Part shown: positions 37,483 to 51,289 of the stretch, piece by piece | Layout of the letters: every line of letters starts with the position of its first letter | Numbering within the stretch: the stretch's first letter is position 1 | Made by a program: the position numbers and the translations under genes | Notes under the pieces: generated by a model | The model's input: only the letters and a program-made list of their open reading frames with translations | What the model was told of the DNA's origin: nothing | Database searches by the model: none | Assembly (NCBI GenBank): GCA_030264375.1 | Contig: JASCQW010000043.1 | Location: forward strand, 39,962,268 to 40,026,267 | From: Carcharhinus longimanus | Lineage: Eukaryota | Direction: 5' to 3' | DNA: 64,000 nucleotides

Positions 37483-39399
37483 AATATTTTTGTTTTTGTT
37501 TAGTAACAAAGGTACATAAATGCTTTGCACCTGTCAGTACACAACTTCAATTTTGTAATGACTGCAGTACTTCAATTCTTAAGATTGTCTAATCCTGCCA
37601 ATTAAACCCAAAGAAACGAAACAATAATCAACTTATTAGCATCTAACATATTTAACGAGGGATTAATATACCTTCTTAGAGTTAAAACCATCCTATGTTT
37701 AAAATAGTAACTAATAGAACGGTATTTACATTGTTTGAAAAAATGTCAAAACTGAAGCATATTTCTGACGTTTCCTACCCTGTTATGAGATTTCTCGTTT
37801 TGTGAAATCTTTGGTTGATAGATGTGCATCAGGTATTAGTTTGCGTTTCTGAAATAATTGTTGTACCGTATTAAAACCTGTTTTCAAAGACTGCAATATG
37901 ACCCGTCTTTATTCCAAGAAAATAAATGCTCATATATTTTTGAGATTTCCGTGCAACTGACAATTGCATAATCGTCACCCTTAAGTCTAAATGAACACCC
38001 TTAACATTAAACGGATCTATTGACAATCGTGAGAGATATTTTCTCCTCATTCCCAAACCTGCTAAAATATAGAATGATACTCCAGCAAAATATGCATCAA
38101 TGATCAGTATTCAAATATTCGGAACATATTGCAAGTCAGTATTAGGATGTACGTTTTTAAAAATAAATACGGTAGTATAATTTGAATATTCGACTTATTA
38201 CAGTACCCATTCAACGTCACGTGCTGCATCACATTAAAACCTAGGTGTTAACCTTTATTTTAAGTGGGTATGGTGCTCAGAAATACTCAGATACACTGCT
38301 AGAGTGTTTCAGCTCTTAACTGATTTCCTAAACGCCATTGGATCATTTCAAATACACTGCAAAAAGATAGTACGGTTTCAATTATGGAAATACTGTACTT
38401 AACATTGAATATTTGGGTTATTTAACTGATGTTTAATATATAATGCATTGGATTCTTATATGGAAGAACTTAAATACCTTTTTTCTATGTAACCGTTCTC
38501 AAGTCGTTTTGGATTTAAAACAAAATACATACATGTATGCAACACACGCATATACTGAGGAAGACAAACACAGCCCATAAATATGCTCCACCAGGTTAGT
38601 GTTTCCACGTGTGGAGCCTATTATTCCTGCCTTCCGAGATCCAGTGTGCAATGATATGGATGTACTTGGATATCCAATCTCACACTTTCACTCACTCAAC
38701 ACTTGGTAGCAAGTTTGTTTGCTGTGACGTAATTGCGCTAGTCACAAATCATTAGGATTACACAAAATAGATTTATTGTAGAGAATTGTGCAGGAGTTAC
38801 TGCGAGTATCACTGGTCAAATCATCCATTGCATTAGCAATGGAATTTCCAGGAGGTTCAAATGACCGCCAAAGATATTTGAATATTGTAATTTCATAAGA
38901 AATTATTCTTATTGGGAATTATAGTTCAAAGTGAACAATTTATTTCCAAGCAACGATGCAGTTTCACGTTTTCTCAGGGAGGAAAATGCTATAATCCATC
39001 TTCAGGGGAAATTGTGAAAGTCTCGGCTAAAGAAACACAGTCTTATTGTCTCAATGATTTGAGTTTGGATTGCATAGAGAAAATGTGCCCAGATACTACT
39101 TTGAACATGATTTATGAATGGATGTGTTACTTTTTCATTAGTTGCTGACTTCTCGTAAAAAATCTGCCAAGACTTTCCGGGGGATGATGATGGTGGGGGA
39201 AGATGGTATAATATTAACACATTACAAAGCACGTTCCATGCCAAACTACAAAGATGTTTATCTTGCAAAGTACTGGGAATAAACTGCTGCATACATGTGT
39301 GAAATGCAAAGGAACCGGAAGGAATCAATTGAAGAAATGAATCCGTCGCTCGATTTTAAGTATCAACGTTAATTATAATAACTGGGGGGAGGGAATGGA

Positions 39400-39980
39400 A
39401 ATAATAAATAAGCGCATCTTGTAACGAGTGCTTTCGCAACAGTCTCCCCTCTGTCTCTGCCCCTGAGGGAGGAGCTGACGCTGCAGTCGGGCTCGCGCTG
39501 CCTGGGCCAGGAGGGGGGCGGGGGGAAGGAGAGGGCGCGTCCTCCTGCCCGTCTCACGAGCCGTCGCCCGGGAANNNNNNNNNNNNNNNNNNNNNNNNNN
39601 NNNNNNNNNNNNNNNNNNNNNNNNNNNNNNNNNNNNNNNNNNNNNNNNNNNNNNNNNNNNNNNNNNNNNNNNNNNNCGCGGCGCTGCGAGGCTGGGTGCG
39701 AGGCTAATTAACCGGAGCCACGCAGCTGTGCTCAGATCAGGCCCAGGCAAACAGCAATTAAAGAGAGAAGCGGCGGCGGCGGCAGCAGCAGCAAGCTGTC
39801 ACTCCCTCACTCACTCACGCCACCTCGACTGAGCCAACGGCATGCTGTTAACAACAGTCAAACAAGTTCAAATTCACGACCATGGCCAGAGTTGTACACA
39901 TGCACGGGAGGAAACAAAATCACGCTAACCCCAATTAAAACATAATCTGAAGAAAACCTAGCCGATTAAACGATGCCCTT
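39400..39980. promoter_or_regulatory. CpG/GC-rich island ~4 kb 3' of miR-9 (spans a gap)
   Basis: High GC and CpG, a (GCG)4(GCA)4 tract at 39770-93, the E-box CAGCTG at 39723 and TAATTA at 39705. Confidence 0.6.
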
Positions 39981-42900
39981 CTCCTCCCTCACATTTATCT
40001 GTACACTCTTTATTTAGGCGCTATATTTACACATTGACATGATGAAAACTAAAGAAAACAATTACGTGCTTTGGTGAATAATGAAACATATACTGGTCCA
40101 TACTATCATTTAAGGTACTCATAAAACATATGAGCAGAAGCATCCATCCCTGAAACTGGATTATAGCAGATTCCTTCCTGAGAACACGTGAAACTGCCTC
40201 CTTATTTGGAAATAAATGGTTCACTTTGAACTATAAACTACAAAAGCCTCAATAAGAACAATTTCTTACGAAATGTCTCACTCTTCACTCCCAACATCAA
40301 AGTACACAATGCCTTACAATCTAGGTACACTTGTGAGGTTCCGACTTTCTGGTTAAAACAAAACTTTCCGAAATGATGATGCAGCGAGACCCTATACTTA
40401 GTCATTGCCACATTTATGTCGATTCAATGTACAAATGTAAAACGTTGAGTCCCATATACCCACTTGTACACCAGCAATATCAGTTGAATTGTAGGCTTAT
40501 ACATTTATTTTCACCGAACATATTTCGAAGAGACACATGTCCTAAGCTGTGGAAAGTCTAATATGTCAACGAAGGTCAAAATCAACTCCCCCTCTGTGGG
40601 ATTGGCACCTCACTTTAGAACGGTTCGTGGTTCATGTTTTGATGGGTAACACACTTAAGACAGCATATGAAACCTACCATTACATTCCCCTAAAGCAAAT
40701 GCAAAGTGGTCAGATTCTAACTAGGTTCTTCAAATGAAGCAAGATTTCCTGGACTCTTAAAAAGTTAAAGTTGTTTCGTCCGCTGCATGTTTGTCATTTT
40801 GAGAAAAGGGCAAGGGAACGGGATGGGGTGGGTCAATATTTATCAGAATGTTCATATAATTAAAATTCAACTTAAATTGTTAATATACAAATTTGTTTAA
40901 ACTCTTGTTCCCAAACAGAATAAAACAATACAAAACTTTGATTTTAAATGCCAAATATACAAAGCCGTCCTCAGCAATGTGGTTGAATTGTCTTTCAAGG
41001 CGAAATATCCTGCTTACAAATTCAACAAACAAGTCTCTGGCAGACAATGAAGAGTGAAAACACTAACTATACATTCAAGTTTTAATGTAGCATTAAACAA
41101 ACGTTAAAACAAACTCCCCACCCCACCCCCATTTACAGGAAACTCTAAACTTCTTTATCTCTTGTGGTGGGAATTTGTGAAAATATTAAACTAAATTTGG
41201 GGCAGATATTTGGAGACTACAATTTTTTTCCCTTGCATGTGCTGACATTTAGTACTGACCCAGTAGGGAAACAATGCCACCATTCATAGCGCTAGACGTA
41301 GATTTCAATCGACTTAAGCGGGCACAATGAGATGTGGTCATTCAATGGTTACCCATATTGTGTTCTCAAATTTTCTCTCAGCAAAAGTATAATGACTCGG
41401 TATTGTATGGGTGCTNNNNNNNNNNNNNNNNNNNNNNNNNNNNNNNNNNNNNNNNNNNNNNNNNNNNNNNNNNNNNNNNNNNNNNNNNNNNNNNNNNNNN
41501 NNNNNNNNNNNNNNNNNNNNNNNNNNNNNNNNNNNNNNNNNNNNNNNNNNNNNNNNNNNNNNNAGTATCTCTGGTTCCCACTAGTTAACATGCACACTCA
41601 CGCAGCCTTCAAACTTCCTCCAACTTGTTTTCACTATGTAATCGCATACGCATTTGTAGATTGTCTTTTAAAATGCATCTGTAACACCACATTGCATTTG
41701 CTTAGCTTCGTTCTGACGATTCGCTTCTTTGCAATAGTGGTGCTACTGTGAATCTGTTACAGAAATTATATCCACATGCCACTGATTTATGACAAAATAA
41801 GCAATTTTATGGATAAATTACTCTAAATACCCCTTTCCCTTTTTCATTTGCACGTTTCATAAATTGAAGGCCATTGTTTCCCATTCCAGTATAGTGAGTT
41901 ACGAAACAGCCTGCTCATTAAAATACATTCTTCCGAAAACCTTTCGGTAAAATGAAGTAGTATTGAACACTAACTGTGAACATTCTTTAGTGGGCAGGAA
42001 CCATTATAATCTCCTAACATTAGAATTCAATCGTTACCAATTCAGCAGTAAATCCTTTGAAAAACACTACCCGTTTGGAAGAACATTTAAACTGCAATTT
42101 CGCATGCCAGCTTATTGTTTAGACAGCATTTTCCTTACTCTCAAAGGAAAGAAAATGTGCACTTTGTAATGCTAATTTAGAAAAAACAAACAAAGGCTTT
42201 AGGTAAACAGCAGTTAGTGATTACAGCACCATTGAATCATACAGTAAACAGCACACTCATTTACACTTTTACAATGCAAACCTTGTTTGTCCCAAACAAT
42301 GAATTTAAGCAAACAAGCAAGTGTCATGGATGGCTATTACAGTAATAAAAGTTAAGCAGGCGTGTGCCAGACAGCTCGCCACTAAACCACATCTAACGGG
42401 GAATTGAGTAAATAAAAGACGGTAGCAAGGTTCATAGCTGCCAAGTCCTCCAAACCCGGTTAGCCTGTTGGGATATAATAGCCCGCTATTAAGTGAAACT
42501 ATTGTCCACTCGGGAAGATTACACTCCTTAAGTTCTAGGGGCCAGAACATGCGGTGATCCCAGGAGGGAGGGCACAGTCTGACGTGCTGAGGGATGTGGG
42601 TGGGAAATGCCATCACATTTGTTTCAGAAATAGAGGGCTNNNNNNNNNNNNNNNNNNNNNNNNNNNNNNNNNNNNNNNNNNNNNNNNNNNNNNNNNNNNN
42701 NNNNNNNNNNNNNNNNNNNNNNNNNNNNNNNNNNNNNNNNNNNNNNNNNNNNNNNNNNNNNNNNNNNNNNNNNNNNNNNNNNNNNNNNNNNNNNNNNNNN
42801 NNNNNNNNNNNNNNNNNNNNNNNNNNNNNNNNNNNNNNNNNNNNNNNNNNNNNNNNNNNNNNNNNNNNNNNNNNNNNNNNNNNNNNNNNNNNNNNNNNNN

Positions 42901-43901
42901 NNNNNNNNNNNNNNNNNNNNNNNNNNNNNNNNNNNNNNNNNNNNNNNNNNNNNNNNNNNNNNNNNNNNNNNNNNNNNNNNNNNNNNNNNNNNNNNNNNNN
43001 NNNNNNNTTCGTCTCCTTCATTAAATGTCAATTTAATTTCCAATGCCAGACGCAGAGTAAGACTTTTTTTTACACAGTTTGACAAGGGGGGAGGTGATAT
43101 AGTTCCCATCGTGTCTTTCTGCTTGAATGCTTTCCTCAAGGAAACCGTGCCGGAAGAGCAAAGCATCTTTGCTTACTGCATTTAAAAAAGAATAACGACC
43201 AGCTCTGCATCTTGAGATTGAAACTCGGCTCTCCTCTATTCCGTACCGCCTATAGGCAGATTGGTTTATTTACGCACTTTCGGCGTACCCATTAACACGT
43301 ATTTTGCTTGCTTTCTTGGGGAGGCATGTGACTACAAACGCCAACTTTAAAGTGTTGTCACATACTCCACATATAATTTTCAGAACCGTGATATAAAAAT
43401 CCTCTCTCGAGATCATTTCCTTTTTAGTTAAAAACTTTTTTTTAGCCCATTCGCTTCTCCAATTTCTAATAACCCCTCCGACATTCACGTGGCGAAACGG
43501 CCACATAAAAATACTTTCAGAAACAATCCTTGAATCGAAAATCAGTATCCATTTCTTTTTTTTCTAGAGCAGTTTAATGTTTCAGCTACAAAGTGGAGAC
43601 ACGAGTTTCAGTCATATTCTTTTTTAATAACTATGCAGATCTTAATCAGTGCAAAACGTTCAGAGCAGGCGTGCCACAAGGCACATAGTTAACTCTTGCG
43701 TTATAGTTAACTTGCAACCACTAAGACTTTACTCCGGTCACAAACAGCACTGATACCTTCATTAAACACATTCTCATGTTGAACTCTGAAGATATCCCAT
43801 CTGTTCAACTTTCTGAGAGTTTAGCATCGACGACTTCGCTTTCTGGTGTAGGCTTCCATTAATTGTCTTTCTCTCTCTCTCTGAAGCTCCACGAAGACCC
43901 T

Positions 43902-43989
43902 AGAAGCAGTTTTTACTTTCGGTTATCTAGCTTTATGACGGGCAAATACACTCATACAGCTAGATAACCAAAGATAACAACTAACTTCC
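43902..43989 (-). ncRNA. MIR9-2: microRNA precursor mir-9, most similar to mir-9-2
   Basis: Exact miR-9-5p UCUUUGGUUAUCUAGCUGUAUGA (43974-43952) and miR-9-3p AUAAAGCUAGAUAACCGAAAGU (43936-43915). The flanks GGAAG..AGUUGUUA and AAAAACU.CUUC, and a loop starting GUGUAUU, match my recollection of mir-9-2. The miR-9 identity is certain; the paralogue call is likely. Confidence 0.97.
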
Positions 43990-46900
43990 TCAATCCTGGC
44001 GTTTGCTGATGCTTTCCATTTTCTTTACCCTCACAGGCTTGGATTCTGCAACAGATCTCGCCAGCTTCGCATTTTCCATCATTTTCCTCAAATCACTTCT
44101 TGGCCCAGAGATACTCATCTGTACACTGGCACTGAGAGGGTGCATCGTCCCTCGAAGTTTTTGCCCAACTTCCACAGAACTTAATATTCAACATTAGCAC
44201 TCCAAACTCCTGATATTAATATCATGAGGCTGGTGGGGTGAGGAGAAGGTGCGGTGGTTTGTAGAAAAAAAAAGCAGCCCCATCGGCGGATTAGTCCCGA
44301 TATGATCTGGACAGAGTTAAGAGTGAGGTGCATCCATCCCTCCACAGGCCTCTATTTGCATTGTAAATCGCTTCAACTCTCACAAAGGCTGTATGAAGAC
44401 GTTGAGCCAACAGCCACTATCCAAAGCCGCTACACACACAGCGTAAATATTTCCTCTCTTGCTTATTCCGTGGTGGAAACTGGCTGAACGGTCAGGAGAG
44501 CGGGATGCGATCGCCTCAGTTTTGCTGCCGATGGTATCTCTTGTTTTAATGGCAGCGGTGGCAGGCTTGATTATATATTTGGAAAACGGTTCCCTTCAAA
44601 ACGCTTTTGGGGGAGAGCTGGAAAGGCAGATGCCGTCGCACCATTGCTGCTGCAGCTCTAGGGGTCTGAAGACGGATCAGGGCCATCATTGGGATTGCGG
44701 TGCCGAAATCTGGACCAACCCGGCGAGGTCAAAGGTCCCGGACCGCGGGAGACCAAGGTAATGATGATGTCATGAGAAATTTCAAGTACACGTTTATTGA
44801 TATGCATGGCTGATCAGCCGTCAGCTCCCACCGGAAACAAAGGGACCCCCCCATCACCACCACCTCCTCCCACCAACACCTTTATTTTGTCGCCAGACCT
44901 AAAATAGCTGCGGCCCTTTCTGCTTTCCTCCCTGCAAATAATGTGACCAATCCTAGCTGTGGAGGACCCGTTGTCTCTTTGGATAGATTAAAGCTTCTCT
45001 GCTCGGGGTAACGTGCCTCTTTCCTAGCCCCCTCCCCCGCCACACTCCCCACTCCCCTTGAATTTCTATTCCCTCGCATTGTTGCTTTGAGGCATTTTGC
45101 CATTGCTCTCAAAAAGCAGGGCCTTGCTGTTTGGGGAACTGGAAATCAGAGCTCTCTCTCTCTCTCTCTACGCAGTGAGTCCATATGTAAAGACGCAAAC
45201 AATTTGCTCTGCTGTTTGTTTTTAATCGCTTCCCCGTCGTGGCCAAATGCTGTCTGGTCCCGGGATTCTTCAATTAAAATGTACTCGATAATCGTCAGCG
45301 TGCAGTCAGATGAGAGATGGAAAGTTCACCGAATGGCTGAATGCTAAGTATCATGCGACTCTTCGAACGCGCTGCCGTGTCCTCCTGTTCCATTAGTATG
45401 TGTAGTAAAACATTACATAAAATCTTTACTGCGAGTCTTCTGTGTCATTTTATTTCTCAGATCCGAGGAATGTCTTATGAAACGTATTGTGCCTATGGCT
45501 CTAAGTAGCTACTAAAAAAAATGCCGCTTTACTTGGGACACCCGAGGATTTATTTTTCAAAGAGAGACAACCCGTCATTCAAAAACCTGCTCCCAGAGTT
45601 AAAGAACATGGATTGGCTCCGCATATAAGTAAAACACGACTCGGTTGCTTCATATGCTCCTCACAGGAGAAAATGGAACTGATCGAAGGACCATGTAGAA
45701 TTCCCGCTCTGGTGTGGGCCTGGTTAGTTTGTTAAGCTCAAAGATATTACCATGATGTGCACACGATTTTTTTCCCTTTCACGATTCATTATAACACCCT
45801 TTAGATTTGCAGATTAATTAGATATGTGTTCAGCAAGTGAGTTTATTCAGAAACTAATGAGATTGTACGAATCTCGAGCAGAATCACATAGCGCTGTTCC
45901 ATTTTCTGTCCCTTTACCAAAAGGACGCTGCTACATCACTTTTAATGTTTTTATTGATACGATCTCATATTCGTGTTAAAATTTCACTCAATATTACAAG
46001 CAATGCGACGAGTTTCTAATAAATTAGACCAACTGCTTTGACGAGGCTTTGAAATTATCTGTTATCATTTTCTCCTGTTATTGTTCATTTGCATATCTGT
46101 TGTATACTTATATATAAGTTTGGATATTATGTTTAAACTACTGCTTATTTAATGCAAATTCTATATTTCAAATGACAATCCTAGCCTTTGAAATAGCGTT
46201 CATTTGATGCTTTATTAGTATTTAAATAACTAACTTAGGTTAAGAAGTGTTGGCAATGTGGCACAGCATGCCACATTGGTCTTAATTTTCCAATTACAAT
46301 ACTTTGCTAACGTTTCATTTCAATTGGATCGTTTTCAGGATTCTCATTGCAGCCATATCAGAAAAATGTAACAACTTGGTAAATGAATAAACGCAACAAT
46401 AGCAAGCAGTCGATAAATTAAACTGAGATGTAATCGTTAGAAATGGCACAACAGACTGTAATGCTGTTATACAATTCCAATCCTAGTCCCACATAAAATG
46501 TCACTGCATGCAAAGGATGAGACAATTATACATTTTTATCAAAACACACGAAAGGCTTTAAATGACACAGGCTGTGACGTTAACGTTACTGCGCACAGAT
46601 AGGTCCATTTTGAATTAAATGCTGGCTCAGTAACCAGACTACACAAGGAAAGATTTTTTTTCCCCATCATAAGGGTCATTTTCATGAAATGACACCAGTG
46701 TCGCCGTAAATTGCAACAGTGCACATTAAAACAGCTAATAGCTTAAAGAGTGAGTCATAACTAAAGCACCCCAAAATACTAAAGTCTTTTAAGTGGATTT
46801 ACAATATGATGAAGCGAATTGTGTACAAATATCTCAATCCATTTTGACACGTTCTGGGATTTGCTTAACTATGCTCTTAAGCGAATGACAATGTGTCCAA

Positions 46901-49779
46901 TGATTGCAATATATAAGGCATGGGAGACTGACGTGCAAACAGACAGCAGACCTTTCTGTATTTATTCTCCATCTTTGCAGTTTCAGAGGGCCTATTACAT
47001 AATATAAACGCAACCGTTAAAACTTATGGTTTTCTTAATATCATAAAAGGTGAAAGCTGTATACCAAAAATGGAGGTTATGTAAGTTGGATGTCACAGAA
47101 GACAGTGCTATAAACTATACGCAATGCCGACATACCTTAATACACCTTGTGCAGCATCCTTCCAAAATAAATAATTCACGAAGAACACTTGTAATGCGAT
47201 TTTAAATGTTTAAGTGCATATTACTTTTCGAAGTAATAGACTACTGCAAGTGCGACTAAAAACTAACCCAATGTATTAAAGAAAAACCTTGGGAATGATG
47301 TCGGTACACAATTATCCATGTGGGACCCCGGTAGTGAGCTGCATTTTGTGTAAATACCAACCTCATTATACCTGTGTCCTCAAATCTGCAGCAATATTTT
47401 GTATTAGGAATGCACAATCTCTCGAAATGAATCAGCTCGAATACACAACGACGGTCAAATTGAAATGAATCTGTTTTTAAAATTAGTTCTTAGTCTTGTG
47501 CTATTCACTTTATGTGTATACACGAAAATGTCATCTCAGGAAATGTAATCCAAACCGGTTAGCTGCACCATTTTCAGGGGGAAAGTCCTTCAGTGCCAAC
47601 GTCACTAAAATATACTAGTTGCCAAAAATGATTGCAGCAATAATAACTACCTGTCACATGGGTTAGCTTTCACTGGCAGCCGCGTGTTTTAATGGGAATA
47701 ATAATTAAAGGCAATGGAAGTGGCAATAGTGAACGTGACGATTATACACTCGTGTTTCATTACTGATGTTCCCAATTTCAAACCTGCCAATCTTCTTTTG
47801 GTTGCCTTATTACTATATATACGCCTTTGGCAAAATAAAAGGAAGCTTTAGATTATTTTATTAAATGCTTATTTTAGCCACTTTCCTATTGAATTTATAA
47901 TTGAATTAAGAATTTCGAAATACAGGGAGCAGTCTAAAAACACCATAAATGTCGGTCAGTTTTACCTGATTAGCGTGCCAAGGGTATACCTATGGAGACA
48001 ATACTCACACAACCCTTCCATAAAACGTGTTCCCTAATGCAGGTGATGAACAGGAACTATTTTACTACAAATTTGATAGCTCACATTTCACCTTAATATT
48101 GTAAAATAAAAATCCTCAAAGGTACAGAGGTATTAGAAAGTGAAGAAAGTATGAATATTCATTGCCTTAACATAAATTTAACTACATTTATACAGCAAAA
48201 ATCCAGGTTGAAGTACATTTTAAAGGTGTATCTATACCAGAGCTGCTAGTTGAGTCAAGTTTTAAATGAAAATGTCACCAGTGGTCTGTAGATTGGGACG
48301 TGATTGTCATGCCACTGTTGTAATCTTTTTATAGGTTTCCAGATGGATTCAGCGATATTACATGGCATGGATTTGAAGTACCCTCGTGATCTTAAAATAA
48401 TGTCGCGACTACATATGTTAATATTCAGAATTCATAATTGTCTGCGAATGTACATGTGCACGTGAGCTTTATGTGATACATGGCTAGAGATACACAGACC
48501 CATATTCGACATTTTGCCGCCCCAATTCTGGTTTAGATAAATTGATGTAATTAAAGCGAATAGTACTGAGTCATTCTAGGAATCACCTATCTCGTTGGAG
48601 TCGTGTGTCATGGTTATGAATAAGCCTCAGACCACTAAAACGAGATCTTGCTAGTCAAAACAGCCATCTTGTATGATAAAAGGCCATTTAATTATAGCTA
48701 TCTGTAGCGCTTTTGCAAAACACTTGGCTTGCATTCTGTGCTACTCCGTACTTTTTTTCTATATACAACATTTGCATTTTTATCTTATTATAGCTGATCA
48801 GTGTCATATACATTTTGAGTTGGGGCGCCATATCTTTTACCATAACTGCGTGTACATTGTGAAGTCAACTGTTTTAGGTACCACACTCTGTCAATACCTT
48901 CCTACATGACATAATAACAAGGCCAGTGTGTCATTAACTAAATGTTTTTATACGTTGAACATAGTACACAATTCACATGCATTTGTATACACGAAATACA
49001 GAATTTTTTTTTTACCGTTTTCGTCGGTATTATGTGTCAGAACATGAATGTATCCGGTTTACTTTCAACCTGCAAAATATCCATGAATTAAAGAGATTAG
49101 TTAATGCTATTAGAATGCCAATAATTCTGACAAATGCTTTAAAACGTTGTAAAATGTTAAAGAAAAGGCTGTTTAGTCTTCTGGTAACGTATTTGTGACA
49201 TGAGAGGTGTTTGAAATATAAATAGTGCCACTCAATTCCTCCTTGGTCACTTAACCCTGTTGTGTAATAAAGTCATGAATATTCATTCGTACATTACATG
49301 ACGCGAATCTGCAACCCACAAGACAGTTTTAAGATGTTTGTTGTTATTGCAGAGCAGTGATTTTCTAAAACAAAAAAATGTTTTCCAGGGCATGAGAGAA
49401 TCACATGAAATGGGCGAAAAACTAAACTGTTCATATATGTTGTTTGGAAGTAGCTTCTGTATCCATCTTCAAACAAGATTAAGGCAGGTCGTTTGAACTG
49501 AAGGGAAGACGAGCGAAGAACAAGATATGAATGCAATCTACCGTTTTATGACTATCGGCGAGGTGTGCTTATAACAAGATTTCCACCTTCTGCACTTATT
49601 AAAATCACGACATCAATTCAAACAATTCAAAGCAATACGATGCTACAGCTGCTCATATATTCAAATATTATTCCAATGTTTGGATTATAGTTTTGTTTTC
49701 AAAGTGGTGAAACCACAACTAAAATACATTGTAAGTGACAAATGCGATGATCTACGGACAAAAGAAACATAATGCATGC

Positions 49780-50070
49780 TCATTTCGCCACATTTATTGA
49801 TATATAAATGCGTGCCCTAGTTCTGGATTTCCGCTGAAAGACTGGATTGTTTGCAGTTAAACGCTCCCTGATCTCTGCCCTATTGTCGAGCTCTGGAGCC
49901 TCTCTGAGTGCCACTGACCGTGGCCATGAGACCGAATTCAACTCGGCCAACGGATATTGTGTATATCTCTCTGAAATAGAACGTGGCAACTCTGATAATA
50001 AAGCAAACATCTCAACAGCCATGTCACTAATGCAAACACACGGTTGATGGCGGCATTAGATTATTTTCAG
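49780..50070. promoter_or_regulatory. Candidate conserved element/promoter upstream of miR-9
   Basis: Unique CpG-containing block with a SOX-like CTATTGTC (49880-87), a degenerate RE1-like 21-mer (49910-30) and a POU-like TAATGCAAA (~50028). Confidence 0.35.
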
Positions 50071-51289
50071 CCTGGTACCTGGAATCATTATCCTTATAAA
50101 ATACACCTTGCACATACATATTGGGAGTCCCTCCTGAAAGCACTATATTATATAGACACGGTGCATTTTGAATAGAGATCCGCAAGCAGAGCCTTGTCTC
50201 TGCTTGCCTGTCAGTAATCTAAACTAGTAACAAGTCCATCAACTTCTTTATTTAACAGAATCCCAGTCACAGATTATGGCGAAATATTTCAGAATCATAA
50301 TTAAAACACCGGAATCTGCTAAATACTGCGGCCCTATCCAAACCGATAAACAGCAGCCAGATTCACAGATAATGTAACGTGAGACATAATAGATCGAGAT
50401 AGAAGCATAGATACAGAATAAGATTGGGGAGCCGAGTGAATGGAGTGAATATATCTGACCAAAATGCACATCTGATGAAGTTTTGTATGACCGAATGGCA
50501 GTATGCTATACAACTGTAGAATGCAATGTCCGTTTCCCTTTTTGTCAGAAGCATTTCGAAATGATTAAACAGCAACCATCACCTCCCCCCCCCAACACAC
50601 ACACAATCGAGTAATGTAAACAGTCAAAATCAAGTTCAACACCATTAAAATAATTACCATAACAATTTCAATGAGCATCCTTTCATTTCCAGGCAAGACA
50701 CCAGCGCTAACACACATGCTAACTTTAAATTGGTATATTTTATATTTTACAGAAAAATACAATAATTCTATGTAACTGAGTTGGACTTTGGTAAAACGAA
50801 CTCACCTTTTTACTTCAAAATGCCAAAGTTATTGCAGCAAATTCATCATTTATTATACGGAAGAAATTCATAATATGATCAGCCAAATCATTAACTCAAT
50901 GAAAACATAGATATTGATTTAAGATTAAAATATAATTTAACTAACATTAGAATTGCCACTGGCACGGATTGTCATCTAGTGCAACCAGATGCAGGAAGAT
51001 GTGTATACTTACAGACTGGTGGATGATAAACTTCAAGGAGGTTTCATTTCTGAAATCTTGATGCACAAAACCCCGCAACTGAAAGGTCCTTTTGGCAAGT
51101 TTTGACTTCTTCATCGGCCCCAAAGCAACCAATGCCATTCCTCGACAATTTCATTCAAAAATAGCCGCTTATTTCCACATTATTCTGGTTGAAATGACAC
51201 TAGAATAGAGAGGAAATCTTCCACTCTTTAAGGAAAATAACTTTTTCCCCTATAACATTTTGCTCTCTCAAGCCCAAGAAGTAAAAAAA

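Noticed and set aside
42305-43166. Long ORFs of 156-238 aa
   Set aside because: Most of their length is N-gap.
43990-44197. 61-64 aa ORFs next to the miRNA (possible micropeptide)
   Set aside because: They have no ATG start and no recognisable motif, and they overlap on both strands as expected by chance. PhyloCSF or Ribo-seq would be needed.
46254-46278. Perfect 10-bp inverted repeat CAATGTGGCA/TGCCACATTG
   Set aside because: Too short for a pre-miRNA, the spacing is wrong for NFI, and there is no other support.
50182-50207. Perfect 10-bp hairpin GCAAGCAGAG/CTCTGCTTGC
   Set aside because: Isolated short hairpin with no family match.
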